Below, in pieces: positions 13,574 to 23,819 of a stretch of DNA of 64,000 bases. Position 1 is the stretch's first letter. Each line of letters begins with the position of its first letter. Under the pieces are notes generated by a model. The model worked only from the letters and a program-made list of their open reading frames with translations, did not search any database and was not told where the DNA came from. The stretch comes from Isurus oxyrinchus (taxonomy: Eukaryota): positions 1,240,001-1,304,000 of the forward strand of contig JANJGN010000101.1 in NCBI GenBank assembly GCA_026770705.1. Reading direction: 5' to 3'. The position numbers and the translations under genes were made by a program.

Positions 13574-13875
13574 ATGTCCAATCCGCCATCGTGCTGACCC
13601 AGCCGGCCTCAGAGACCGCTAAACCCGGACAATCCCGCAAACTGTCCTGTTCGGTGAGCGGTTTCAGTCTGGACAGCTACTATGTGCACTGGGTTAAACA
13701 AGTTCCTGGGACAGGGCTGGAGTGGCTCCTTGCTTACAGAAAACCCTCGGATACCACGTATTACGCGCCTGGAGTCGAAGGTCGAATCATCCCATCAAGA
13801 ACTTCGTCCACAACTTACATTGAGATCAAAAATCTGAGACCCGAAGACACCGCGAGGTATTACTGTGCAGGAGGC
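13574..13875 (+). CDS. VH exon (end of leader + V region), IgW-like sequence
   Basis: Translates (Y)VQSAIVLTQPASETAKPGQSRKLSCSVSGFSLDSYYVHWVKQVPGTGLEWLLAYRKPSDTTYYAPGVEGRIIPSRTSSTTYIEIKNLRPEDTARYYCAGG. Canonical Cys, Trp and YYC are present and the frame is open. Confidence 0.95.
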
Positions 13876-13914
13876 CACAGCGACCTGAACAAGCCCAGAG
13901 CTCGTACATAAACC
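13876..13914 (+). other. VH 3' recombination signal sequence (23-bp spacer)
   Basis: Heptamer CACAGCG 13876-13882, 23-nt spacer, nonamer ACATAAACC 13906-13914. Confidence 0.92.
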
Positions 13915-14268
13915 GCAGAAGAATAATTACAGTGAATCATAGGTCAGTATTAGCTCAAAATAGGTTAAGAGTTGTGTTTGAACCTAGCATGAAAAGTTAC
14001 ATTTTCCAAAGAAATAAAGTGGCGAAGAATAAAAACAAAATGTTGATTAACTCCATATATTAAAGAGCATAGTTACCGCTTAGAATATGCACAACTGATG
14101 ACTAGGCGCCAAATCGAAATATTGACAAATTATTACGTGAATGGAGATAATTTTAGCCCGAGGTTCTGCTCCTGATTAAAACTCTTGAATGAATTGTAAT
14201 CAAAATCTGCAAATCTTCTGCTGACTGAAGGGTTTTATTTCTTATAGCAACAATCAGTGAGTGAGAGC

Positions 14269-14348
14269 AGTATCTGTGCTGGCTCGTGTCGCTGTGGTAC
14301 TACAGTGGGTCACGGTGCTGTGTATAGCGAACTCCTCATACAAATAGC
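14269..14348 (+). other. D1 segment (coding GTACTACAGTGGGT, 14297-14310) with 5' 12-RSS and 3' 22-RSS
   Basis: AGTATCTGT-12nt-CGCTGTG | coding | CACGGTG-22nt-ACAAATAGC, matching the 12/22(23) D1 arrangement of shark IgH clusters. Confidence 0.88.
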
Positions 14349-14521
14349 CCACAGAGAGACTTTGATCAAATCTGCGATCAATATCACAGCAGGAAAGTCA
14401 AAGAAAATAAAATGACCAACAATAAGTGTTTTAAGGAACACAGATTTACGAAAAAATGTATAAAAGTCTCTGAATTTACTAATTTTGATTGTCTTGCTAA
14501 ATAGGGGGCACAGCTGTTAAA

Positions 14522-14698
14522 AACAAAGAAAACTGCGGATGCTGGAGATCCAAAACAAAAACAGAATTACCTGGAAAAACTCAGCAGGTCTGGCAGCATC
14601 GGCGGAGAAGAAAAGAGTTGACGTTTCGAGTCCTCATGACCCTTCGACAGAACTTGATTTCGAGTCCAGGAAAGAGTTGAAATATAAGCTGGTTTAAG

Positions 14699-14765
<67 letters not shown>

Positions 14766-15152
14766 GGAGAGAGAGAGAGAGACAGAGGTGCTTGTGTAGA
14801 CAAACAAGCAGTGATAGAAGCAGATCATCAAAAGATGTCAGTAACAATGGTACAAAAGAACACATAGGTGTTAAAGTTAAAGTTGGTGATATTATCTAAA
14901 CGAATGTGCTAATTAAGAATGGATGGTAGGGCACTCAAGGTACAGCTCTAGTGGGGGTGGGGGGGAGCATAAAAGATTTTAAAATATGTAAAAATATGCA
15001 CACACACACCTTAAACCAGCTTATATTTTCAACTCTTTCCTGGACTCGAAATCAAGTTCTGTCGAAGGGTCATGAAGACTCGAAACGTCAACTCTTTTCT
15101 TCTCCGCCGATGCTGCCAGACCTGCTGAGTTTTTCCAGGTAATTCTGTTTTT
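14522..15152. mobile_element. Penelope-like retroelement remnant with inverted termini, inserted between D1 and D2
   Basis: Inverted arms of about 155 bp (about 14556-14711 and 14999-15153), flanked by 14-bp direct repeat GCACAGCTGTTAAA (14508-14521, 15153-15166). The termini resemble the end of the RT/GIY-YIG element at 57-59.5 kb. Confidence 0.85.
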
Positions 15153-15309
15153 GCACAGCTGTTAAAGGCGTATTTCGATCCGTTTTGTAAACATAATGAA
15201 GAGTTCTAACTGAAATATTACAGTGATGTATTCCTCGAGTATTCAGTATCAGGTTTCTCAGACCGCTGTGGATTTGAATCTCTGTATTTCACATTTACCA
15301 GTCCGCCGC

Positions 15310-15376
15310 AGTTTCTGACATGGTGCGTCTCACAGTGATACAGGATGGCACAGCCGTTACGGTTAATGCAAAAACC
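15310..15376 (+). other. D2 segment (coding ATACAGGATGG, 15338-15348) with 12-RSS on both sides
   Basis: AGTTTCTGA-12nt-CACAGTG | coding | CACAGCC-12nt-GCAAAAACC. Confidence 0.88.
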
Positions 15377-15703
15377 TCATCGGGGCTAATTGATTGCATT
15401 TCGGTCGATGCATTTTTTCTTACAATACAACTATATTAAACAAAGCCCTATCTGTGCCTGGAGCTCCCCAACTGACAGGTTTCAAGAGGTGCTAACGTGT
15501 TAATTATTAAATCAGTGGTTGCTGATTTCAATGCATGATCATCAGATACTCTGTGAAATACAAATAAAACAGTATAATTTATAAAGTTTTAAAAATATTT
15601 TCGCAATTTTACATTTTTGATAAAGTCGATCATGTTTTTACTTTGCCTCTCGGTTCGTAACATTTTAAATTAATATTGAATTTCTCCCCTTGTGTGCAGA
15701 ACT

Positions 15704-15742
15704 GGTTATTGTGTGACTCAGATCAGCGAATGTCACACAGTG
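15704..15742 (-). other. JH 5' recombination signal sequence (23-bp spacer)
   Basis: GGTTATTGT 15704-15712, 23 nt, CACAGTG 15736-15742. Confidence 0.9.
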
Positions 15743-15790
15743 ACTATATGGATTACCGGGGCCAAGGAACCATGGTGACGGTGACTGCAG
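15743..15790 (+). CDS. JH segment YMDYRGQGTMVTVTA (IgM-type, W to R in WGxG)
   Basis: GQGTMVTVT motif, donor G|GTAAGG after 15790, and CGG at 15757-15759 where TGG is canonical. Confidence 0.93.
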
Positions 15791-17714
15791 GTAAGGAACA
15801 TGCCTTCATTCTGCGCTCTTGGATTTGCTTCATTGTTTCACATTTCTGTTTATTTTTGTCATTTATTTGTTAACCGAAACTTTGCATTCTATGTTTACAA
15901 TGTTTCATTTAATTATGCTGCAAAGGGATTGAACAATTCTCCTGCTTCTCGGCAAAAAAAAAGCTCTGGGAATTTTAAGGACTTCTTTGTGTGATTTGCC
16001 TTTTATCTGCTGATGAGGCTTTGTGCCTGGCTTACTTTAAATACATGAGTTTTGTTAATCAGTTTGGTGTTTCTGCCATGTTTCATCTCGGTGACATCTG
16101 ATTGCTGCAAGTTTTCTAATCGACTGATTACATTGTGTTTAAAAGTGTTGGAAATAAGATTATAGACAGGAAACCGAGTGCTATCAAGGTCAAAAATGTC
16201 ATTTTAAACTATGGCTTTTAAAATAAATGTTTGCCATTTTTATTTGTGTTTAACTGCGCTGTAAAATATCAATATAATGCTGACCAACGTTCATCTTAAA
16301 TAAATGAAGTGCTACGATAACTAAGAACAACAGGGTTAACAAATTTGCTGCCTGGGTCAGGATTAAATGAAAACAACTTGAAACATTAAAATGCAGTAAT
16401 GTCGCCAGATATTACTAAAGTATACAGTGAAAATCAACACAATGCATTAAATATTGAAGTACAATTCTTCTGCCATTGTTTCATATTTCTGTTTATTTTA
16501 ATAAATGACTTGTTCAATGAAAGGCGATTTCTGTGCAATGTATCGAGGTTGATTTGAAATGTTGCATCTGATTCTGCTGAAAGGATTTAGGTAATTAAGC
16601 AGTTGTTGGATTCAGTCCCTCGGTGTTGTGATTTGGTGTTAAGTGCTGAGGAGAGTATGTGCCTGGGTTACTTTGAACAGTTAAAGCTCGTGGAACTGTT
16701 TGGTGAAGCTACAACGCGTATTTTCGATCAGATACCGTGTGTTGATGATGTGCTTAAACCATTGTGAAGGAAGGTTATAGTTATAAAGCAGGCAGGCTTT
16801 TTAATCAACTGTGATAGATATATTGATGCATTTTTATTTCAGTGCTAATTGCAGATTCAAAAATTAATATTTTGTTTCCGATATTCCTATTTAATACTTG
16901 AGGTAATAATGCAATGTTAAAGGACATAACCAGCGAATTTCAACTGTGATGGGGAGTTAAATGAATATAACTCAAACGGTCATAACGCGACAATATTTCC
17001 CAACATTACAACAATAAAAAATATTATTGTTAGACATTTAGCAGATAATCTGTGCTATCCACAACAATGCTGCAAAACACAGCACAATTAATATCAGCCG
17101 GACAAATGCAGAGGTTCCAGCAATTTCCATTGTGTTTTTTTTAAATTATAATACACACTGATCGCACTGCAGTGTTTAGTTTGAACAAGGATTTTAAATT
17201 ACTTGGTTCCTCCCTGGTTAACGTAGGTTGAAAGGTGCTAATTAATTATCAATATTAAATGCATTTTGTAAATTGCAGCAAGCTAATTTAATATATCTGC
17301 CGGGTTGCTGAAGCTTTGCTGTGCAGCCAAACGGCGCTGTTCCTTCAATTTTGGTGTAGCCCATTATCACGAAGCTAATCTTAAACAGTTTCCAGTTGGA
17401 ATTGCTCAATAATTCAATTCAAATTCAGAGAAAGTTCAGAATGCATATGTCTGGAGATGGGCAAACATTGCTATTGAAGCAGGTTGGCTTAATTATAAAT
17501 GTAACTTTTGAATTGATGAACAACAACCAATCTTGCAAAACTGTGAGATATCCGGGTTGAATTAAATGGGAGCTACCTTTAATTCTCATTAAAATCGTTG
17601 TTCTTTTTGCTCGTTGAATTTCAGTGTATCAGGTGATGCAGAGGAATTGTTATCTCTCAGTTGTGCACTGATGATTGTGGATCTTAATTTCAATAAGTAG
17701 CATTAAATATTTAA

Positions 17715-17905
17715 ACAAAAAATGCTGAACAAATAGTCAGCAGGACTGGCAGCATCTGTCCATGGAGAAGCAGAGATCTGAAGAAGAGTCATATGGAATC
17801 GAAATGTTAACTCTGTTTCTCTCTCCACTGATGCTTCCAGACGTGCTGAGTTTTGCCAGCATTTTCCGTTTTTATATCAGATTTCCAGCATCCGCAGCAT
17901 TTTAT
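17715..17905. mobile_element. Older PLE-terminal hairpin remnant in the J-C intron
   Basis: tcagcaggactggcagcatctg...ctgaagaagagtcatatggaatcgaaatgttaactctg...ccagcatccgcagca. Confidence 0.7.
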
Positions 17906-20104
17906 TTTCATGATACATTTGAAACACATTTACGTGCATTGTGTGGATTACGGGAATGGTACATCGAAGTTTGGCTATATTATTATCAAGGGGAGGCTCC
18001 GAAAATGGCGCCAAACTGCCAGGGCTACATTAATTATTAAAAATAAAACTGCTGTTGAAATGTGGGTTGATATTTAAACTCCAGAGTCCTGCTTTAGTGA
18101 CTAGAGGATGTTGCACTTCATTTTTTATTACCGATATGAGTACCCGGATAGTGCTTGAACAACTTTAAGCTGCCCACTTATAAATATATCATGCGAAATA
18201 CACGTTTAGAAAAGAAGAGCTTTTACGTCGCGCAAACATAATGACAAACATGGAAATCTTACACGGGTATAGATATAAGAGCACATTCTTATAAATTGTT
18301 GATCATCTTAATGTATTAAAAATAATATAATGTATTTGTCCGAAAGTGTATGGAATGATTTGGTTAATTTAAGAAGTGTCACCTTAATTTAATTAAGCCT
18401 ATTATTAACAAGAGACAAATCAGAAGAAGAATAAAATTATTAACAAATGTGGCATAATGGAGTTAAATATCACCAATATGAAAATAGAGTCTAAGATCAG
18501 TACGAATTCATTACAAAAAAATCTCTCAAATGTGCTGCGCTGAGTCCAGGATTAAAGTTAAAACTCATGGTGGAGAATTTTTAAAATTATTTTCAATTAA
18601 CTTGGAAAGCAACATGTTTCTCACTCAACTACCTTTAGCTCCATTGGATGTTGCTCTACAATTTAATTAATTATCTTCGTGCTTTGCCTCAGCAGTTTCA
18701 ATGATTATATATTATTCTGAAATTATGTCAGTGAATAATAGGAGTACAGTGTAAATATCTCCCAATTTGTTAAATTCTTGCTCTGTTACAATGTCCCTGT
18801 TAGAGACATAAATTACCATGAATGTAAATTATTTTGATGTACCTGTTCTCAGCCAAACTAACACTAAGGCTGTTGTGAAAGCTGTACACAGACAGGGAGA
18901 AATTGAGGCTCGTCAAATGGAGTTTTTCCATTTAGAATCAAAATAATTTCACAGAAGTGACATGGTCATAAATTTACAAACGTTTTAATCTATTCAAACG
19001 GATTAATAGATACTGGAGAAATCTATCATTAATAGACTGATTTTTGCATTGTTTATGTCTGTTCTGTTTCTTTGTGCATGGTCACTGTGCGAGAATCAGG
19101 AGCCTTCTGGCTGTTTGTGAACTTCCTGGTTCATTCTCCTGTAATTCAGGGAATTAATTTCGGACCATTTATTTAAGAAGTTTGTAAAACCGAGAAAGGT
19201 GCAAGTCTGTTCTTAAGTTTGAGAATGTGTCTCAGAAATAAGATCAGTATCCCAGTTTGTGGAATTCAGAAGGAATGCAAAGTGTAGAAAGATATTTTTC
19301 CTGTTCAGTGTTTGCTGTATCAGAGCCGGTGGTTTGTTGATGGTCCAGTCTAAGCGCAAGTTTTAACTGACAATGCGGAATAGAGGGCATTTTAGAATGC
19401 ATCCCACCATTACTGTTCCTGAAATACAGCGCTTCACAGGACTGTGCAAAGAGAGTTTTGGTATAATTCACCTGTTCTGTATCTGACATGAGAGTGTTGG
19501 CACTCTCAAGATTCAAGGAACTTTAATCAGTATCAAACACATTGACGTGAGTGCTCCGAATTAGATATGTAAAAGTAAATGATTCAATTCCTCCAATGAA
19601 GTAGCAGATTGTTAATTTAACGTACATTTCATTCTAGAAAAAGCCAAGTTTATGATTAAGGGATGATGATTAAACATTTTCAATAGCAGATAATATTTGA
19701 ATCAGATTGGCCTGATCGAAATTTCAATTTCAGGACAGTTACAGGAAGTCACTGTAATGTTATCTTCTGCGATATGATCGAATCTGAAAATAAATTCTGC
19801 AACTTAAATAGACAGTATGGTGCCTTACTCCTTGTCTAACGGAAACTACGGTGGGAATGAGAGCTGGAAAAATATGAATTGAACTTAACTCAATGCACAA
19901 CCTGATTCCAACTGCCCGAAGGACATTTGATGAACTATCAGAGAGGCAATTTTACTCTTGTTCCAAGGGCCTTACTAGGGCTGTGGGTTTTATGTGGAAC
20001 TTCAATGTTCTTCTCTCTTGTATCTAATCAGTGCAGTCTGTGAACTGTGAACGTTTGATTGTGCAGGGTAGATGGAACTCCTTTTTCTGGACATGTACCT
20101 ATTC

Positions 20105-20860
20105 ATGCATCCATTTCCCATCCATCGATGCAAAGATGGATANNNNNNNNNNNNNNNNNNNNNNNNNNNNNNNNNNNNNNNNNNNNNNNNNNNNNNNNNN
20201 NNNNNNNNNNNNNNNNNNNNNNNNNNNNNNNNNNNNNNNNNNNNNNNNNNNNNNNNNNNNNNNNNNNNNNNNNNNNNNNNNNNNNNNNNNNNNNNNNNNN
20301 NNNNNNNNNNNGCCTATCTTGTCTATCTGTCTGGCTGTCTGTCTGTCTGTCTCTATCTTCTATCACTCTCTATCACTCTTTCTCTATCGCTCTCTCTCTA
20401 TCTATTTATCTATCCATCCNNNNNNNNNNNNNNNNNNNNNNNNNNNNNNNNNNNNNNNNNNNNNNNNNNNNNNNNNNNNNNNNNNNNNNNNNNNNNNNNN
20501 NNNNNNNNNNNNNNNNNNNNNNNNNNNNNNNNNNNNNNNNNNNNNNNNNNNNNNGTTTATCTGTCTTTCTGTCTGTCTCTATCATCTATCACTCTCTATC
20601 TCTTTTTCTCTATTGCTCTCTCTCTCTATCTATCCATCCATCTGTTTATCCGCCTTTCTCTCTATCTTTCTCTATCGCTATCGATCTATCTATCTATCAA
20701 TCTGTCTATCTATAGATCTATCTATCTATGTATCTGTCCACCTGCCTATCTTGTCTATCTGTCTGTCTCTATCTTCTATCACTCTCTATCGCTCTTTTTC
20801 TATCGGTCTCTCTCTATCCATCCGTCCGTTTATCTGCCTGTCTCTCTCTCTTTCTCTATC

Positions 20861-20909
<49 letters not shown>

Positions 20910-20975
20910 TTGTCTATTTATCTATCTACTGGTCTCTTTAACTCTCTGTCTATCTATCTATCTGTTTATCTAACC
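20105..20975. repeat. (TCTA/TCTG/TCCA)n tetranucleotide microsatellite complex with two N-gaps
   Basis: Directly visible. Confidence 0.95.
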
Positions 20976-21761
20976 AAGATAGCTGATAATAATTGATTAT
21001 TTGTAAACATCATTGAGAATTGGCAAATTTGGAGAGTTAATTCAGAATTGTGATTGGCTGAAAGCCAATTGTCCATGCTATCAAATAGTCACATTGATCA
21101 ACTCTGGGTCATGCTTTATAAAAATGTGCTGAAAAACAGTCTGTAAGTAATGAAGCTAGTCGATCCACCGGTTGGAGTTACATAATCTTTAGAGCAAATG
21201 CTGCCAAGCATCATCCACGTTTATCCTCTGAAAACGACAACATGTTGATCATGAAACTACAATAAATTAGCATTAAATCCCCTCTGGCCCACTGATGTCC
21301 TTCATGGAAGATAATCTGCCATCCTGGCCCCGAGATAGGTAAATGTTACTGCATTAAATTAGTCATTTGCTGGTGAGAAGAGTTTGATAGTAAAATACTT
21401 TAAGCGAGAGCTCAGTGGAAATATTGTGGAAGGTTCTAAAGTGAAAGTGTTTGAGGAATGATTGATGTTTTCCTCAACAGAGGAGTAAGGGCTGGAGGAA
21501 GCCCAGTTACAATATCCCTTATTTAACTCGAAGTTATGTGGCCTCGTGGGCAGTATTTCCCTTTTCCGACTTGTGCCTCAACTTGTGCACAAGACTGGCC
21601 ATCATGGCGGCGTGTCCCGTCGGGCATATCAACTCCTAAAAGCAGTTTATGACAAGGATATTTTGGAAATAAATTATCCCAATATTAAACTTCGAACAAT
21701 TTGCTTATTTTATACTCACGAATCACATTTTTAACTTGTTCAATTGACTTTTCATTCGCAG

Positions 21762-22061
21762 GGACACCGTCTCCCCCCACCCTCTACGCTCTGCTCTCCT
21801 CCTGTGAACAAGCAAACACTGCCGGCTCCATCACCTCCGGCTGTTTGGCTGCAGACTACTCCCCCGAAATCACCAGCGTTTCCTGGAAGAAAGGTCAAGA
21901 GACGATCACAGCTGGAATGAAGACCTACCCATCAGTGCTGAACAAGAAGGGAACCCACACCCTGAGCAGCAAGTTAACCATCACCGAATCAGAGGTGGGA
22001 AGCAGCACAATCTACTGCGAAGTTCGACGGAGTGACTTGGTCTGGCTGAAGGAAATGCCAG
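21762..22061 (+). CDS. IGHM: IgM constant exon Cmu1
   Basis: [17 protein letters not shown]...[18 protein letters not shown]...[11 protein letters not shown]...[17 protein letters not shown]...KEMP closely resembles shark Cmu1. AG at 21760-21761, GT at 22062. Confidence 0.95.
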
Positions 22062-22169
22062 GTTCGTGTTGTGGGATGCACATGGCGGCAGTGGCAGGGC
22101 TGGGTGAAGGGGGAACGTGGTCAGCAAATGAGTAATATTCAAATTCTGCATCACATGGGTTAGAATGGA

Positions 22170-22465
22170 GTTAGAGTTTTGTGTATAGTTCAGGTGCTTA
22201 TATGACACTTAGTGTGGATACCTGTAGTCTCCACAGCACACTTAATGGTTTGTGTAGAGTTCTGGCCTCCATATCACACTTAGTGTGATATGCACAGCTC
22301 AGGTCTCCACATCACAGTTATTGTACTGTGGATAGTTTTGTTCTCCACATCACAAAGTAGTGTACTGTGTATAATTAAGGCCTCCACATCACAATAGGTG
22401 TACTGTGTGCAGTTATCCCCCTCCAAATCACATCGAGTACACTGTATGTAGTTCTGGTTTCCACG
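22170..22465. repeat. ~38-bp minisatellite (about 8 degenerate units) in the Cmu1-Cmu2 intron
   Basis: Recurrent CTCCACATCACA...AGTGTACTGTGTATAGTT at about 38-nt spacing. Confidence 0.75.
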
Positions 22466-22997
22466 TAAGAAGAATGCTACTGGGGCGTTGCAATAGGAGC
22501 TAAACTACGTACAAGGACAATACCAGAGCTGATAGATTACTTCTGTTACGTAACAGCGGGTTGGTGCTCTATTCTCCACAAAATAAAAAGTTGTGTTGTG
22601 ACCGAATAAAGGTCCTCAGACTTCCGAAATAATTTGATAGATTAGACAAGAATCAGAGCTCATGTTAACAACAGAATGTTAAAAAAAATTGGCAAATCTG
22701 AATCTTCTTTACACAAAGAGTAAGCGGAATATGGGAATTTCTGGAGGTGAGATGTTACCGAAACCCTATTGAGGGGAATCTTAATAGGTACATGAGGGAG
22801 ATTGTAATGGAGGTGGTTTTTAAACTGCGAGGTGAAATAGGGCGAGAGGATGTTTGTGTGGATCCTAAACTCCAGCATTGAACTATGGGGCCGCCTGGCC
22901 TGGTTCTGTCCTGTGGATTTTATGTAAATTGTTTTAGAGTTTTTAATTGTTTGGCTTGAAGCAAAATTAATTCCTAATAATATGTATTTTCTTGCAG

Positions 22998-23309
22998 ATA
23001 TTATGCTGCATCATCCGACTGTTCTGCTTACCGTGAGCCCCAGTGAAGAAATCACAAGCAGCAGATCTGCAACCATCGTCTGTTCAATCGTTGATTTCCG
23101 TCCAAATTCAATCAAGGTGAAATGGCTGAAGAATGGACAGGCCATGGCCTCGGGCTTCGTCACCTCTCCCGGCTTTGAAGTGAACGGGAACTTCTCGGCA
23201 ACCAGTCGGTTGACAGTCCCCGCTGGGGACTGGTTCAGTCACACGCTCTATACCTGCCAGGTCACTCATAAAGGGGTCACTCAAAGCCGAAACATCACCA
23301 AACCTGAGG
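22998..23309 (+). CDS. IGHM: IgM constant exon Cmu2
   Basis: [29 protein letters not shown]...WLKNG...[14 protein letters not shown]...[19 protein letters not shown] at 22996-22997, GTAAGA at 23310. Confidence 0.95.
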
Positions 23310-23819
23310 GTAAGAGACACAACCCGAGAAAGCCCAAGGCCATTCTTGGTGCCAATCTCTGTCCAAGCCAAGAAATAGTTTGGAATGATTAAAAGTCAGA
23401 GAATGTGTCCCATTTGCCAATTTTCCAGTTTGAGTTTCCTTCCAAAGGAAACAAAAACACACTGAAGGTAACCTTTCATTTATATAGCGTCGTCCCCAGC
23501 ATCAGATTCTCCCAAAACACTTAGCAGCCAATGAATGACCGTGGAAATGTGCTCATTGTCGTAAAGTAAAATATTCAGCAGCGATTTGCTGTACAACAGT
23601 TTCCAAGAAACTGGGACATGATGCTGACAGGAGTTATTTATTTATTGATTTCATTCTGTTTGTTCAGGGACACATGTTGTCCAGGAAACAGACACACTTC
23701 AGCTAAGCATTTTGAACGTTTTCTTTTCATTTTTATTTCAAGTTTCCAGCAATATTTGGCTTTTAGAACTAAAGAACATTATTAGTTTTGCTGCTGGGGA
23801 GAGTTAAACTAACTCAGGA

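Noticed and set aside
14509-14540. CACAGCT in the TSD as a cryptic RSS or RAG-mediated insertion
   Set aside because: There is no acceptable nonamer at 12 or 23 nt, and 14-bp TSDs also occur at 5996/6186 without a heptamer.
14713-14764. 52-nt poly-G run (poly-Gly/Pro ORFs, G-quadruplex candidate)
   Set aside because: It lies within the PLE insert, and long G homopolymers are a common sequencing or assembly artefact, so the length is unreliable.
13574-15790. IgNAR, TCR or germline-joined VDJ identity
   Set aside because: The V has full FR2/CDR2, there are two separate D segments with intact RSSs, and the constant exons are Cmu.
20031-20996. Long ORFs of 200-320 aa
   Set aside because: They span N-gaps and TCTA microsatellite and are artefacts.
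15791-21761. Classical switch region or octamer-based intronic enhancer in the J-C intron
   Set aside because: No AGCT/GGGGT tandem array or convincing ATGCAAAT cluster was seen, and isolated E-boxes are expected by chance.
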